Below are positions 1-9,491 of a stretch of DNA of 64,000 nt, one piece after another. Numbering within the stretch: the first letter of the stretch is position 1; each line of letters opens with the position of its first letter. Location: NCBI GenBank assembly GCA_009859145.1, contig VRVR01000046.1, forward strand, positions 1 through 64,000, given 5' to 3'. The notes below the pieces were generated by a model. The model searched no databases. It was not told where the DNA came from and saw nothing but the letters and a program-made list of their open reading frames with translations. The stretch is from Andalucia godoyi And28. Its lineage: Eukaryota > Protista > Jakobida. Made by a program: the position numbers and the translations under genes.

Positions 1-437
1 TCAGGCTCATGAATCGCCCCCCTTTCTGACAAACGAAACGTAGTCAAGCCTTTCACAAACAGTCTTGTCAGCTGTTCGTCCGAAGGAACATGACTACCAC
101 ACAAAGTAACTTCTTCATCAAAATCCATGATAAACTGCAATACCGCATCGATCGACAAGCCGGTTTTGAACTTCATCTTCTCCAGTTTCAAGCGATCAAA
201 TGCATCCACCATCGTCTTTGGAGCAAAAAAAGACGACACGACCTTGAACAATTCCCCTTCTTCCAGCGTCACCACCTTCTCACTGCGCACCTTCAGCACA
301 GCAATCACCCTTGGTGCCATCAAATCCAATGCCTTCCGATTTCCACCACGGGCCTTATAGGCCTGGAATCCTAGGCAAAACGATTTCCAAGAAGCAGCCG
401 ACAATGAATCGAGGAATGGAACTTGTTCTGATGTCAT
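1..437 (-). CDS. Retrotransposon Gag (capsid)-like ORF; runs off the left window edge
   Basis: ATG at 437 opens a stop-free frame to position 1, so it is absent from the ORF track: MTSEQVPFLDSLSAASWKSFCLGFQAYKARGG...FDRLKLEKMKFKTGLSIDAVLQFIMDFDEEVTLCGSHVPSDEQLTRLFVKGL. The L..LK....V..F...F...........L...F+.GL pattern resembles the Ty3/gypsy capsid C-terminal domain. Confidence 0.6.
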   Translation of the reverse strand, partial: MTSEQVPFLDSLSAASWKSFCLGFQAYKARGGNRKALDLMAPRVIAVLKVRSEKVVTLEEGELFKVVSSFFAPKTMVDAFDRLKLEKMKFKTGLSIDAVLQFIMDFDEEVTLCGSHVPSDEQLTRLFVKGLTTFRLSERGAIHEP

Positions 438-449
438 TAGTATTAATAC

Positions 450-592
450 TGTGACGTTCTTACAAATAAGAACACAAAAATTTAACGAAAGCTCAAGTTT
501 ATTAAATAAGCAAAGAAACAAAGAAACAAACCAACACACAAACATACAACATGCGCCTAAGCGCGAAACCTCTATAGTGGTTTCTCACCACA
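450..592 (-). mobile_element. Candidate 143-bp 5' LTR of a gypsy-like retrotransposon
   Basis: The minus strand reads TGTGGTGAG...TTTAATAAAC...AACGTCACA, with TGTG/CACA inverted termini and an internal AATAAA. It ends 12 nt upstream of the Gag-like ATG. The second LTR would lie outside the window. Confidence 0.45.
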
Positions 593-1909
593 GCTCTGGG
601 CTAGCTCTTGCTCTTGGAAACGTCATGTATGGCTTCGCTTTGTGCTTGTTTTATGAAAGTAAAAGAATATTCATGTGAATCGGATTTGGATATTATGAGT
701 GTTTTCGGCAGCGAAGCCAGTGCATCAGATCAGATGAAATGACGGCGAGGGAGAGGGACAAGTAAACCCGACAAGTGTGAAATGCACAACACGAACAAGG
801 GATCACGGGACATCGCTCTTCTGTTTCGCGGTGAATCGAACTTGAGTCGGTAGAGTCTTTTTTTGGCCGCAACGAACGGATAGAAAGTGCCCGTCTCGCC
901 GACATGACTTCCGCACCTGGGTGGCCGTGTCGATTGCTGGATGTGCGCTCTCTGCCAGCTGGCCCCCTGGCTGCAGTGCATGCCTGCGCCACGCATCAAG
1001 CATTCCACGACGCTGCTGAATCGTCCGTGTGTGCTGCGCAATGCATGATTGCGGATGAAGCGTGTGTGTGCTTGTTCTTCAATTGCTGCTTTTTGCCGCG
1101 CTTGTTCGCTTCGCTCTCTCCAGCTCTTTGCCACGACTCGTCTGCTGCGCCATCATCGCTGATGTCGACGATTCCTAGCAGTCGATCAATCGCACTCGGT
1201 TCGCCATCGTCGTGACGTTTCCCAGCGACGATGACGCCCCGCTCACGCTATCTGCTGTTCATTCTCGACCCCGCTTGCGGATCATCATCGTCGAACGACA
1301 GCAGGGTTGCGCAGCGTCTTTGGGGCTGCTGCGTACAAGCGTGGACTGATAGACCGAGGAGGCGCTGTCGAGTTTCGTTTGTGTGTATGATGTGTCGGCG
1401 GTTCTGCATGCGGTCGAAGGTTCGAGAATCAGTCCAGTGGGCGCGTGGGAGTCTTTCATTACCGGTAGAGCTACGGCTGGGGCCGTCGATATCGAACACA
1501 ACGACCACAACGATCACAACGACCACGAGAATACGGTGGTCGGGAAGCAGGAAAGCGTTTGTGCTAATGGGTGTGCATGGAACAGCGAAAGTGATCACGT
1601 CGAAACTCTTTCTCGGAACAGGGTCGGTGCGAGCTCCGCTAAATGCTCGTCCAGTCGGTTGCGATGAACCGAACTGCAAGTGTCGATTACACGAAAAATT
1701 GACGTACGAAAGTTCATGAGAGCCGCTTCTGAATCTTGTCCCTCATTGGAACCGAATAGAGCGGGGATCTAGACAGTAAGTAAGGTCTTTCATCAGGCTG
1801 ACATCGAGGAAGAAGCAAAGAAACGGAAAATACTTCTTGTGAGATTACGCCTCACTTGTCCACATTTCGGGATGTGTGTTGTTGGGATCCAGTAAGAAAA
1901 GATTGTGGA

Positions 1910-2752
1910 CTACGAATCGTCGAACGTCGCAGATGCAGCAGGATCTCGAGGAATGGCATGATTAATGTCGTGTGGATTGCCGTCCGCAGAATGTTGTAAA
2001 CAGTGAGCTTCTGGTCCGTGAACATGTTCCAATGCGTGATTATGGGATCCTTTGAGTACCAAAACAGTACACTCGCCACCATCGACACTAATATTAAACC
2101 GCAGCAATCTGCAGTGACAATCCGCATACGTCGCCAGAGACGTGTTGGGCAGCAATTTGCGGTCTCGTGCTCGACGAAAATACGAGCACCCAAACGTTTC
2201 ACGAAACGCTCCCCTGGTGTGTTCACGCTTCCAATAGTGTCCATAAGTAGCACGGTCCAGATCAAGTAATTTGTCAATGTCTTCAGCAGTACCGACAAAT
2301 GCTCGGCATGCTTTATCTCGGGGAGCTTCCACACTATTCAAATTGATTGATTCATCTTCTGCAGAATTCGGACCAGCAATGCCATTTCGACTGTCGTCAC
2401 CAGACGATTCCATCGACAACTTTGCAATTCCGCGAGCCCGGAGAAGTCTAGCAACGACCGCAGCGATCGGGACTGTAATAAACGCGTGCGGCATGTCCGC
2501 AGGAAATTCGATAGGATCTGTTCCTAGAGCCGAAACAGATGCAAGATTCTTGGCGCAGTGAGCGAAATCACGCTTTCTTTGTGGCATCCACTTGTACCGA
2601 GCATTGTGGGCAATCAATGCCGACTCCAGGGCAGACTCGATTGATTGGGGCTCGTTGGAAGAAGGGGTCGTAGAAGGAGGAGGAGCTGCCGCTGCCGCAG
2701 ATGTAAGTGCAGAAGAGGAATGAAGATCCTGACGACTCACAGCTCCTTTCAT
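1910..2752 (-). CDS. Protein with FAR1/WRKY-GCM1-type (MULE-related) C2H2 zinc DNA-binding domain
   Basis: 280-aa ORF containing ETFGCSYFRR...YADCHCRLLRFNISVDGGECTVLVLKGSHNH, the C...C...HNH layout of FAR1/MULE N-terminal domains. No DDE domain follows in frame. Confidence 0.6.
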   Translation of the reverse strand: MKGAVSRQDLHSSSALTSAAAAAPPPSTTPSSNEPQSIESALESALIAHNARYKWMPQRKRDFAHCAKNLASVSALGTDPIEFPADMPHAFITVPIAAVVARLLRARGIAKLSMESSGDDSRNGIAGPNSAEDESINLNSVEAPRDKACRAFVGTAEDIDKLLDLDRATYGHYWKREHTRGAFRETFGCSYFRRARDRKLLPNTSLATYADCHCRLLRFNISVDGGECTVLVLKGSHNHALEHVHGPEAHCLQHSADGNPHDINHAIPRDPAASATFDDS

Positions 2753-3320
2753 TTCAAATGTCCCTTATTCCATATTGTGTGGTCATGAAGAACATGTGCA
2801 TCTCGGCATAAACAGAACAAAGCACTCTGCACGAGAATACTGTGCGTTTGTACTGCAAGTCTTTGTGAAAGTCATTTTCGAGATTCCGTTGGCAAACGTT
2901 TGGACTTGTCTTATTGTGTTTTATTTCGCTTTCATCGTCTCCGTCCGGTTAGAACTAAATAAAAAAATGAGGTCTCCCTCTGCAGTATCCAGACGATTGA
3001 TTCGTGGGATCGATTGTCATGCAGCAATGCAATAGTATCAATTAGAACCAATTCGTGTTGACGGAGTGCATCGCAGGCGTCTCAAGCTGCTTGATACTGT
3101 ACCCTGCGCCAAACTCGCAACAGAAATAGCGGTTCACTTGAGAGCTGCCGACGTTTGACGCACCGCGCGCAGCCACTGGCTCGCCGTCGCTGCTTCTAGC
3201 GTTCTTCTGGCCAGCTTGCGCTCCCAGTCGTTCCACCACAGATCTTTGGATACTCACTCTCAAACTAAAAAAAAAAGAAAGGGAAATATAAAAAAACAGG
3301 CATTGTGCGTGTCTTTGCGT

Positions 3321-4178
3321 ATGGATCACGTCTCCATTGGTCAAAATTCAATCATGCAAGTGTTAGTAGTTGACGGACAACGCCGGATGGTGAAGCACAC
3401 TCCGCTTGCGGCCATGGAAATTTCGGGTGCGAATGTGGAGCAAATAGTAGCCGATATTCGTCAAGCATACTCCAACGACAGCCCCTATTTGCTGCAGTTG
3501 CTGGACTTGCGCCACGATGGGAGTCAGCTGACAACAATCACAGAGTTCATGGACATGGGCTCCTTGCAGAGAGTTGTCGAGGCTTACGGACGGCCGTTGC
3601 CTGAGAGTGTGGTTGCGGCAATTGCCTTCCAACTTCTCCATGGATTGGACTTCTTGATGGCTCGGAAGACAATTCACAGGTCCATTACACCGTCTCATAT
3701 TCTTCTTTCGAGCGAGGGAGACGTGAAGCTCGCGGGATTTGAATCGTCACGGAGACTTGATCGAACTGGCGATAATGCCGCGACCATGGTAGGCTCCGTG
3801 TCACAGTACATTGCACCGGAGCGCCTGCGGGGCGATGCGCGACACTCGGTGATATCTGACATGTTTTCTTTTGGAATGTGCATTTTATTTGCTGCTCGAG
3901 GGTCCGATTACATCAACGCATCGTTGCCAATGAGCCAAATCTTCATGCGTTTGCAGGAGCCTATCCAGGTGTCTAACGCTCTGCCACAGAGCACCAATGA
4001 GCTCAAGACGTTTGTCGAAGACGCCGTTGCGCCTGAAAACGAGCGACGAACTGCCCAGGAGCTTCTGCAGAGCGATTTCATCCAATTGAACGCCCCTGAC
4101 GAATTCACTGCAAAGTTTGTTCTGTCGGACTGGATGCGCTCCGCAGGCATCCCACCTGCTCTGTGGCATGACCAGTGA
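3321..4178 (+). CDS. STE7/MAP2K-like protein kinase domain, predicted pseudokinase
   Basis: MAP2K-like TEFMDMGSL, IAFQLLHGLDFL, YIAPERL and SDMFSFG are present. The catalytic loop reads HRSITPSH and the DFG position reads GFE. First ATG is at 3321. Confidence 0.85.
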   Translation: MDHVSIGQNSIMQVLVVDGQRRMVKHTPLAAMEISGANVEQIVADIRQAYSNDSPYLLQLLDLRHDGSQLTTITEFMDMGSLQRVVEAYGRPLPESVVAAIAFQLLHGLDFLMARKTIHRSITPSHILLSSEGDVKLAGFESSRRLDRTGDNAATMVGSVSQYIAPERLRGDARHSVISDMFSFGMCILFAARGSDYINASLPMSQIFMRLQEPIQVSNALPQSTNELKTFVEDAVAPENERRTAQELLQSDFIQLNAPDEFTAKFVLSDWMRSAGIPPALWHDQ

Positions 4179-4312
4179 GAGCACGAGACCAAAGGGATAG
4201 GAGGACATCAATGATTGAGAGACAGAAGACAAGGGAGAACGCATCCACCCCTGTTGTATCCTTTTTTTATTTATTTAATCTTTAATATTAATAATCCCCT
4301 TTCCCTCTTTCT

Positions 4313-5052
4313 TCATTTTCCGGCATCAGAAAGCGGTGGAAGAAGTCGGATCAGAGAATCCAGGATTCTGGTTCTGTCTTGATCCACGACATGCAGAATC
4401 TCACTTTCGGACAGCGGAGCTATGGTCCATGGCATTGCTGCATCGAGCAAAGGATCAAACTCAAGATCCGCGAACTCGTCCTCAAACGTTGGGTCAACCT
4501 CGTTCGGTACACTAGATAAATCGGATGATTCTAACTCTGCAATTTTCTCAGGAGACGGAAGTGGAAGCGTATTGGAGTCCCCGTCCACGGTGCTCTGCGA
4601 GGGCTCAAAATTCGGATGCTGCACAAACACTGCACGAGACGGAGTGAATTGGCGTTCTCCTGTAGAAGAATACACAACTTTAAACTTCCAAGGAATCCAG
4701 ACAAGAGCACGATCTCCTGGAGGTTCAGCAAATCGGCGACTCTTCCACTTGGACACGTATTCGTAAAACTGGCGAGACGTCTGGTAGTTGATACCCGCAG
4801 AGACCCAATTGAGAACTGCAAACACTGCGGACAACGCCACTGCGGAAATCGTCCTTTTTGGGGGGCCTAGACGCAGAAGGGCTGCTGATAGCACATCAGA
4901 CATGTATGAACATTCCTCCTCCACAAGGTTGGCCTCGCAAGGAGAAAAACAGAAGACTGTTATTAGTATTATTTTTAAAGTTCGCGACGCCCGGGATGAG
5001 AAAGGGAGTGGGGGGGAAGCGTGCTGGAAACCAGTCGGGAAAGAATCGACAT
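4313..5052 (-). CDS. Hypothetical protein with one hydrophobic segment and an acidic tail; probable 5' intron 4934-5031
   Basis: The open frame 4313-4933 is preceded by ACTAAT, a pyrimidine tract and AG. A putative 21-nt first exon (MSILSRL, 5032-5052) splices in phase. An alternative unspliced start is the ATG at 4903. Confidence 0.55.
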
Positions 5053-5133
5053 TCGTCGTCACGTGCCCAGCTTGTTTCTGCTAATTGGCGGGCTGGTTGA
5101 TTTGCTTAATAAAAAAAAAAACACCCGACCTCA

Positions 5134-5175
5134 AAACCCTAGATGCATTTTTTGCTGTATGTGTTTGTAACCCTA
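5134..5175 (+). promoter_or_regulatory. Two telo-box-like motifs (AAACCCTA, TAACCCTA) upstream of RPS8
   Basis: AAACCCTAG begins at 5134 and TAACCCTAG at 5168, about 140-180 nt upstream of the RPS8 ATG in a divergent promoter. Confidence 0.35.
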
Positions 5176-5313
5176 GGCCTTTCCTTTCGATATCCATTTT
5201 TCTCCTCCAAGCATCATCATTTTCTTTCTCAATTGCAGCAATTTCTTCTTTTTCTTCTTCTTCTTCTTCGGAGTTGCTTCTTTTCTGTGGTCACCGTTCG
5301 AGTCCGTCGCATA

Positions 5314-6056
5314 ATGAGTATGTGTCTTCCCCTAGTGATGCTCCAGCAGCATTGTGTTATGTTGTCTCTGGCTTTTATTTGTTTGGACTATGTTGTCTAA
5401 TCACGTTTTGCTTTTTGTTATTGTTTCCAGGTATCTCCCGTGAACGCCGTCACAAGCGCCGTGCAACCGGTGGAAAGCGCACCAACAACATCAAGAAGCG
5501 CAAGTATGAGCTTGGACGCCCTGCTGCCATGACCAAGCTTGGTCCTAAGCGCATCCACCTTCTCCGTGTCCGTGGTGGAAGCATCAAGAACCGCGCCATG
5601 CGTCTCGACTCTGGCAACTTCTCTTGGGGTTCGGAGGCCCTGACCCGCAAGACCCGTGTCTTGGACGTTGTGTACAATGCCTCGAACAACGAACTTGTCC
5701 GTACGAAGACTCTTGTCAAGAACGCGATTGTTGTTGTTGATGCAGCCCCGTTCCGACAGTTCTATGAGAACCACTACGCCATCATTCTCGGAAAGAAGAA
5801 GGACGGCGAGGAGGTTTTCGAGGAAAAGAAGACTGATCTCTCCAAGACCAAGGCCAAGACTGTTGAGAAGAGAAACAAGGATCGTATCATTGATCCCGCC
5901 GTTTCCGAGCAGTTCAAGTCTGGCCGTCTGTTGGCCGCCATCGCATCCCGACCAGGACAGTCTGGCCGCTGCGACGGATACATCCTCGAAGGACCGGAGC
6001 TCCAGTTCTACCTGAAGAAGCTCCACAAGAAGAAGGGAGCTGCTGCCAAGGCATAA
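5314..6056 (+). CDS. RPS8: 40S ribosomal protein S8 (eS8); intron 5318-5430
   Basis: [16 protein letters not shown]...[14 protein letters not shown]...[15 protein letters not shown]...[16 protein letters not shown]. Exon 1 is ATGA, followed by a GTATGT donor, CTAAT branch point and TTTCCAG acceptor (113 nt). Confidence 0.97.
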
Positions 6057-6159
6057 AAACCCGTCTTTCTTTTTCACCTCCATCAAGAATAAAGCTACAG
6101 TTCAACGAAGACGAAGGCGCAGACATGAATGGGACTGTGCGGATTTCTTTATTGGGTGT

Positions 6160-6729
6160 TTACGCACCGAGTTTCTGTACAATGTTGTGGAACAAGGTCT
6201 CGAACATGGTCTTGACATTGTCCCCGGAGGAAGCACTGGTTTCAAAGTAGGTCAGACCATGGGCTTGTGCCCATTGTTTTCCTTCTTTTTCGGACACGAC
6301 CCGCTTCGAATCCACCTTGTTGGCACACAGAAATGTAACGGCGTCCTTTGCCCCATACTTTTGTGCTTCATCCAGCCATTCGTCCAGAGCATCAAACGAC
6401 TTCCGAGATGCTGCGTCGAAAACGACAATCACGCCTTGAGCATCCTTGTAGAACTCGTTGCGCACCTCGAAAAAATCCGATGCGCCCGCAAAGTCCCAAA
6501 AGTTGATGCGTAAATCCATACCCAATGGCCCCCAATCCGGCATGGATATCCTTTTCACGCCGTAGTCTACGCCAATTGTGGAAATGTACTTGGAAATGAA
6601 CCGTTCCTCGCAATATCGTTTGATGAGGCAGGATTTTCCAACTCCTGAGTCTCCAATGCTTAGGACTTTGATTCTGGTACACGGCGCCTTTGTCGGATGA
6701 TCGGCCTTCGATTTCGGTGGGCGCTCCAT
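6160..6729 (-). CDS. RJL: RJL-family Ras-like small GTPase (DNAJC27/RBJ GTPase domain, no J domain)
   Basis: IKVLSIGDSGVGKSCLIKRYCEERFISKYISTIGVDYGVK and FFEVRNEFYKDAQG are RJL signatures. The G3 box DFAGA lacks the catalytic Gln, and there is no CAAX tail. Confidence 0.88.
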   Translation of the reverse strand: MERPPKSKADHPTKAPCTRIKVLSIGDSGVGKSCLIKRYCEERFISKYISTIGVDYGVKRISMPDWGPLGMDLRINFWDFAGASDFFEVRNEFYKDAQGVIVVFDAASRKSFDALDEWLDEAQKYGAKDAVTFLCANKVDSKRVVSEKEGKQWAQAHGLTYFETSASSGDNVKTMFETLFHNIVQKLGA

Positions 6730-7165
6730 CTTGTCCTGTGTCCGCACACACCTTTTTTTAAATTTTTTTTTAAATTCTAATTATTTTTTTTCCTTTGAAT
6801 TTTTGCTTTACTCCCTGCTTGACTTCTTTGTTGCGCTTGGTGAACTCCCTGTCCTCTTTGCCAATTTACAAATGCAAAGTGTTCTGTTGCCGACTTGCGA
6901 TTCCATGCGGCTTCTCCAGAAACGTCAAGAGGGGAGAGGGGTGGGGAAAAGGAACACTCACCAGTCGTACGGCAGTACGGTAGGCCGCAGTCTCGTCAAA
7001 AGGCAGTTGATGTGCGGGTTGGACAAACGTTGCGTCCGACCTGCTCCCCTCACCTTTTTTTGCGTGTGTTTTTTTCTTCTTCGTTTGCAACCCTGCATTT
7101 TTCAGCCGAAAAGGGGGAGGTCGTCGCGCGTGCACGACTTGTCCTTGTCTTGTAAACTCAAACTC

Positions 7166-8392
7166 ATGAATAGCACTGTGACGCGTCAAGTGGAAGAGCG
7201 ACTGCAGCGGTATTTGTCGCTTCGCATCCACCGCTCCGAGGGTCGGCCTGGTACGAGTCCAACGACCTCATGTCCTGCAAGCAGTCCCCAGAGAATGTCT
7301 TCCTCTCCTCGCACAAAGCTATCGGATCGCTCGGGAAGCCCGCGGAGTCCGAATTCCTTGTCCGTACCTATTCAGCCGGGCACGTCCATCACAAGAACAT
7401 GGCAAGCCGAGTCGTCGGCTGTTGTTGCGACTCCATCGCCAAGGGATGTTACAGAAAAGCTCATGCTGTTTCGCGATGTGCGGTCGCATGTTCTTGAGGA
7501 TGCGCGAAAACGAGAAGAATCGCAGATGAAGGCTGCTGCGGAAGTTCGAGCTTCGGCGCGCTCGGAAAAGATTCTCCGAGATGCGTTTGTCCGTTCGATG
7601 GAAGAGGCCTTTTCTACTCTGCATCCGGATCATATGGGACGTGTGTGGCTGCATAATATTTCTGCAAAACTAAGCGCGTCAGGCCTTGACCATGATAGAC
7701 TCGATTTCATTTCAAAACCTCTGCTGAATATCGCAACAGCGCGGCGCGATGTGACGTGGGAGGAATTTCTGGAACTCATGCAGCTGCGAATGGTCGAGTA
7801 TGGCGGCAAGCCGACTTCGCAGATTATACATCGACCATCGCCAAAGAGAATATCGGAACTCGAGAAATTCAGAAGTCGAGAAGAACAACATCCGTTCCAT
7901 CCGGTCCTGTCTCGCAATTCGCAAAAGTTGTCGAGCAAGGTCCGACGGGAGTCATCGGCGAAGGATCGCCTAGAATTTTTGGTCAACGAGAAAGCTGTTT
8001 GGGACTCCTCTTTAAATAATTTGAAATCGCAGATCGAGCAAGAAAAGTCTGTGGATTGTACATTCACCCCCCGGATATCCGAGTCCTCACGCAGAATTGC
8101 GGAGCAGTACCACTATCAATCCTGTCGGCCGCGCATCCCAACTTCGGAGGAACTGGCGCTGGAGAAGTGTACTTTCCGTCCAAAATGCAACAGCTCGGAT
8201 TCTTATAAGTTGTTCAAAATGGGTGTAACACGCGCAACAAAGGAAAAGGATGAACTGCGATTGTTGTCCACAGTTACTCCACCGCGCCAATACTTGCACG
8301 ATGGACGGCGCTCCGCGAGTCCGTCCATGCGGTCTCCCGGTCGACGCGGCGCTCTAAATAGTTATGCATCGGCATTCGGGACACCAGCTTGA
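7166..8392 (+). CDS. Hypothetical coiled-coil protein with (C/H)xFxP(R/K/V) repeats and an EF-hand-like helix
   Basis: 408-aa frame from MNSTVTRQ, with repeats HPFHPVLS, CTFTPRIS, CTFRPKCN and the helix VTWEEFLELMQ. A TTTTCAG acceptor at about 7104 allows an upstream exon. Confidence 0.65.
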   Translation: MNSTVTRQVEERLQRYLSLRIHRSEGRPGTSPTTSCPASSPQRMSSSPRTKLSDRSGSPRSPNSLSVPIQPGTSITRTWQAESSAVVATPSPRDVTEKLMLFRDVRSHVLEDARKREESQMKAAAEVRASARSEKILRDAFVRSMEEAFSTLHPDHMGRVWLHNISAKLSASGLDHDRLDFISKPLLNIATARRDVTWEEFLELMQLRMVEYGGKPTSQIIHRPSPKRISELEKFRSREEQHPFHPVLSRNSQKLSSKVRRESSAKDRLEFLVNEKAVWDSSLNNLKSQIEQEKSVDCTFTPRISESSRRIAEQYHYQSCRPRIPTSEELALEKCTFRPKCNSSDSYKLFKMGVTRATKEKDELRLLSTVTPPRQYLHDGRRSASPSMRSPGRRGALNSYASAFGTPA

Positions 8393-8491
8393 CGATAAAA
8401 TGCAACAGTAGTTCAAAACATCATCATCAACAACAACAACAACAGCAGCACGATTTACGGCGCTGGCCAATGAGGTGCTTGTATTGACTGT

Positions 8492-9424
8492 TTACCGGAC
8501 ATACGCTTTCGAGGTGGATGACGTGGATCTGAAAAACTTCAAGAATTCGCGACGGTCGTTCATGTCCAACACCAGTGCATGCCCATCCAGCATGTTCCGC
8601 GCCATGTGCTCGCGGGCAAGCTTCAAAAACATCGGGGCAGCCGGACACACAGAAGGTGTTATGTACAGTGCCACGCGATGCTGCACAGTGAAGAGTGTGT
8701 GAATGACGGTTTTGAGGAAGCCCGATTGCACAGTATGTACAGGCCGCCATGTTGCGGCGCGATACTTGACCACAAGTAAGCTGGCAGATGATGTGCCCAA
8801 CAGTATCTTGTCGACAATCGCGTCTTGAAATTTAAGAATTCCAAGATTGTTGGACGTTGTTCCTTCCGCCAGGATGACAATGGGAGATGCAGCCGATGCT
8901 GCGCGAAATTCGATTCCATCCATTGATGCGACTTGCATGGATTCAAAGCAAGCAAGATGTGAAAGGCACTGCCACATCGAGAGCACTCGTACACCCTTTG
9001 CACACGGAACGACAAATGTTGGGGAATACAGAGACTGCAAGATGAGCACATCAAACACGGAAGACCAATTGCAAATATATACGCTCTTGCTGCTGTTGCT
9101 TGGTTCTTTTGTGCTGCCAATAGATGCGAAAGAACGCGAAAGAGGAACAACGTCCTGTGCGCTGCTGGGCAAAGTCCCACACAGCAGTAGGAACACTCTC
9201 AGCAGCGTTCTGTCGAGAATGACAAGCAGAGGTCGAATTGACAGCACATGAAACGGAAACGACGCGACGGCGTACCCCAAGAACACAACGAGTGCGAGTG
9301 GGGCACGGAAGAGTCCCGAGAAAACACCCACAGCTGTCAAGAGTGCCGCAGACTGCGTCACTTTGGGGGGGAGAAAGGGGTTGATTCCAGACGCAGGGTC
9401 CGAGAACCTCTTGTACTTTTCCAT
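8492..9424 (-). CDS. LOA1/Vps66-like lysophospholipid acyltransferase
   Basis: N-terminal MEKYKRFSDPASGINPFLPP, a hydrophobic hairpin, and the acyltransferase motif ILAEGTTSNNLGILKF. Confidence 0.78.
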   Translation of the reverse strand: MEKYKRFSDPASGINPFLPPKVTQSAALLTAVGVFSGLFRAPLALVVFLGYAVASFPFHVLSIRPLLVILDRTLLRVFLLLCGTLPSSAQDVVPLSRSFASIGSTKEPSNSSKSVYICNWSSVFDVLILQSLYSPTFVVPCAKGVRVLSMWQCLSHLACFESMQVASMDGIEFRAASAASPIVILAEGTTSNNLGILKFQDAIVDKILLGTSSASLLVVKYRAATWRPVHTVQSGFLKTVIHTLFTVQHRVALYITPSVCPAAPMFLKLAREHMARNMLDGHALVLDMNDRREFLKFFRSTSSTSKAYVR

Positions 9425-9451
9425 TTCAAAATACGCCAGTCAGCTTGTTCC

Positions 9452-9491
9452 TGCGTGGGTGCGTGGGTGCGTGGGTGCGTGGGTGCGTGGG
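9452..9491 (+). repeat. (TGCGTGGG)x5 perfect tandem repeat, G-quadruplex-forming potential
   Basis: Five exact 8-mers with GGG tracts spaced by 5 nt, in the divergent LOA1/ARL1 intergenic region. Confidence 0.9.
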
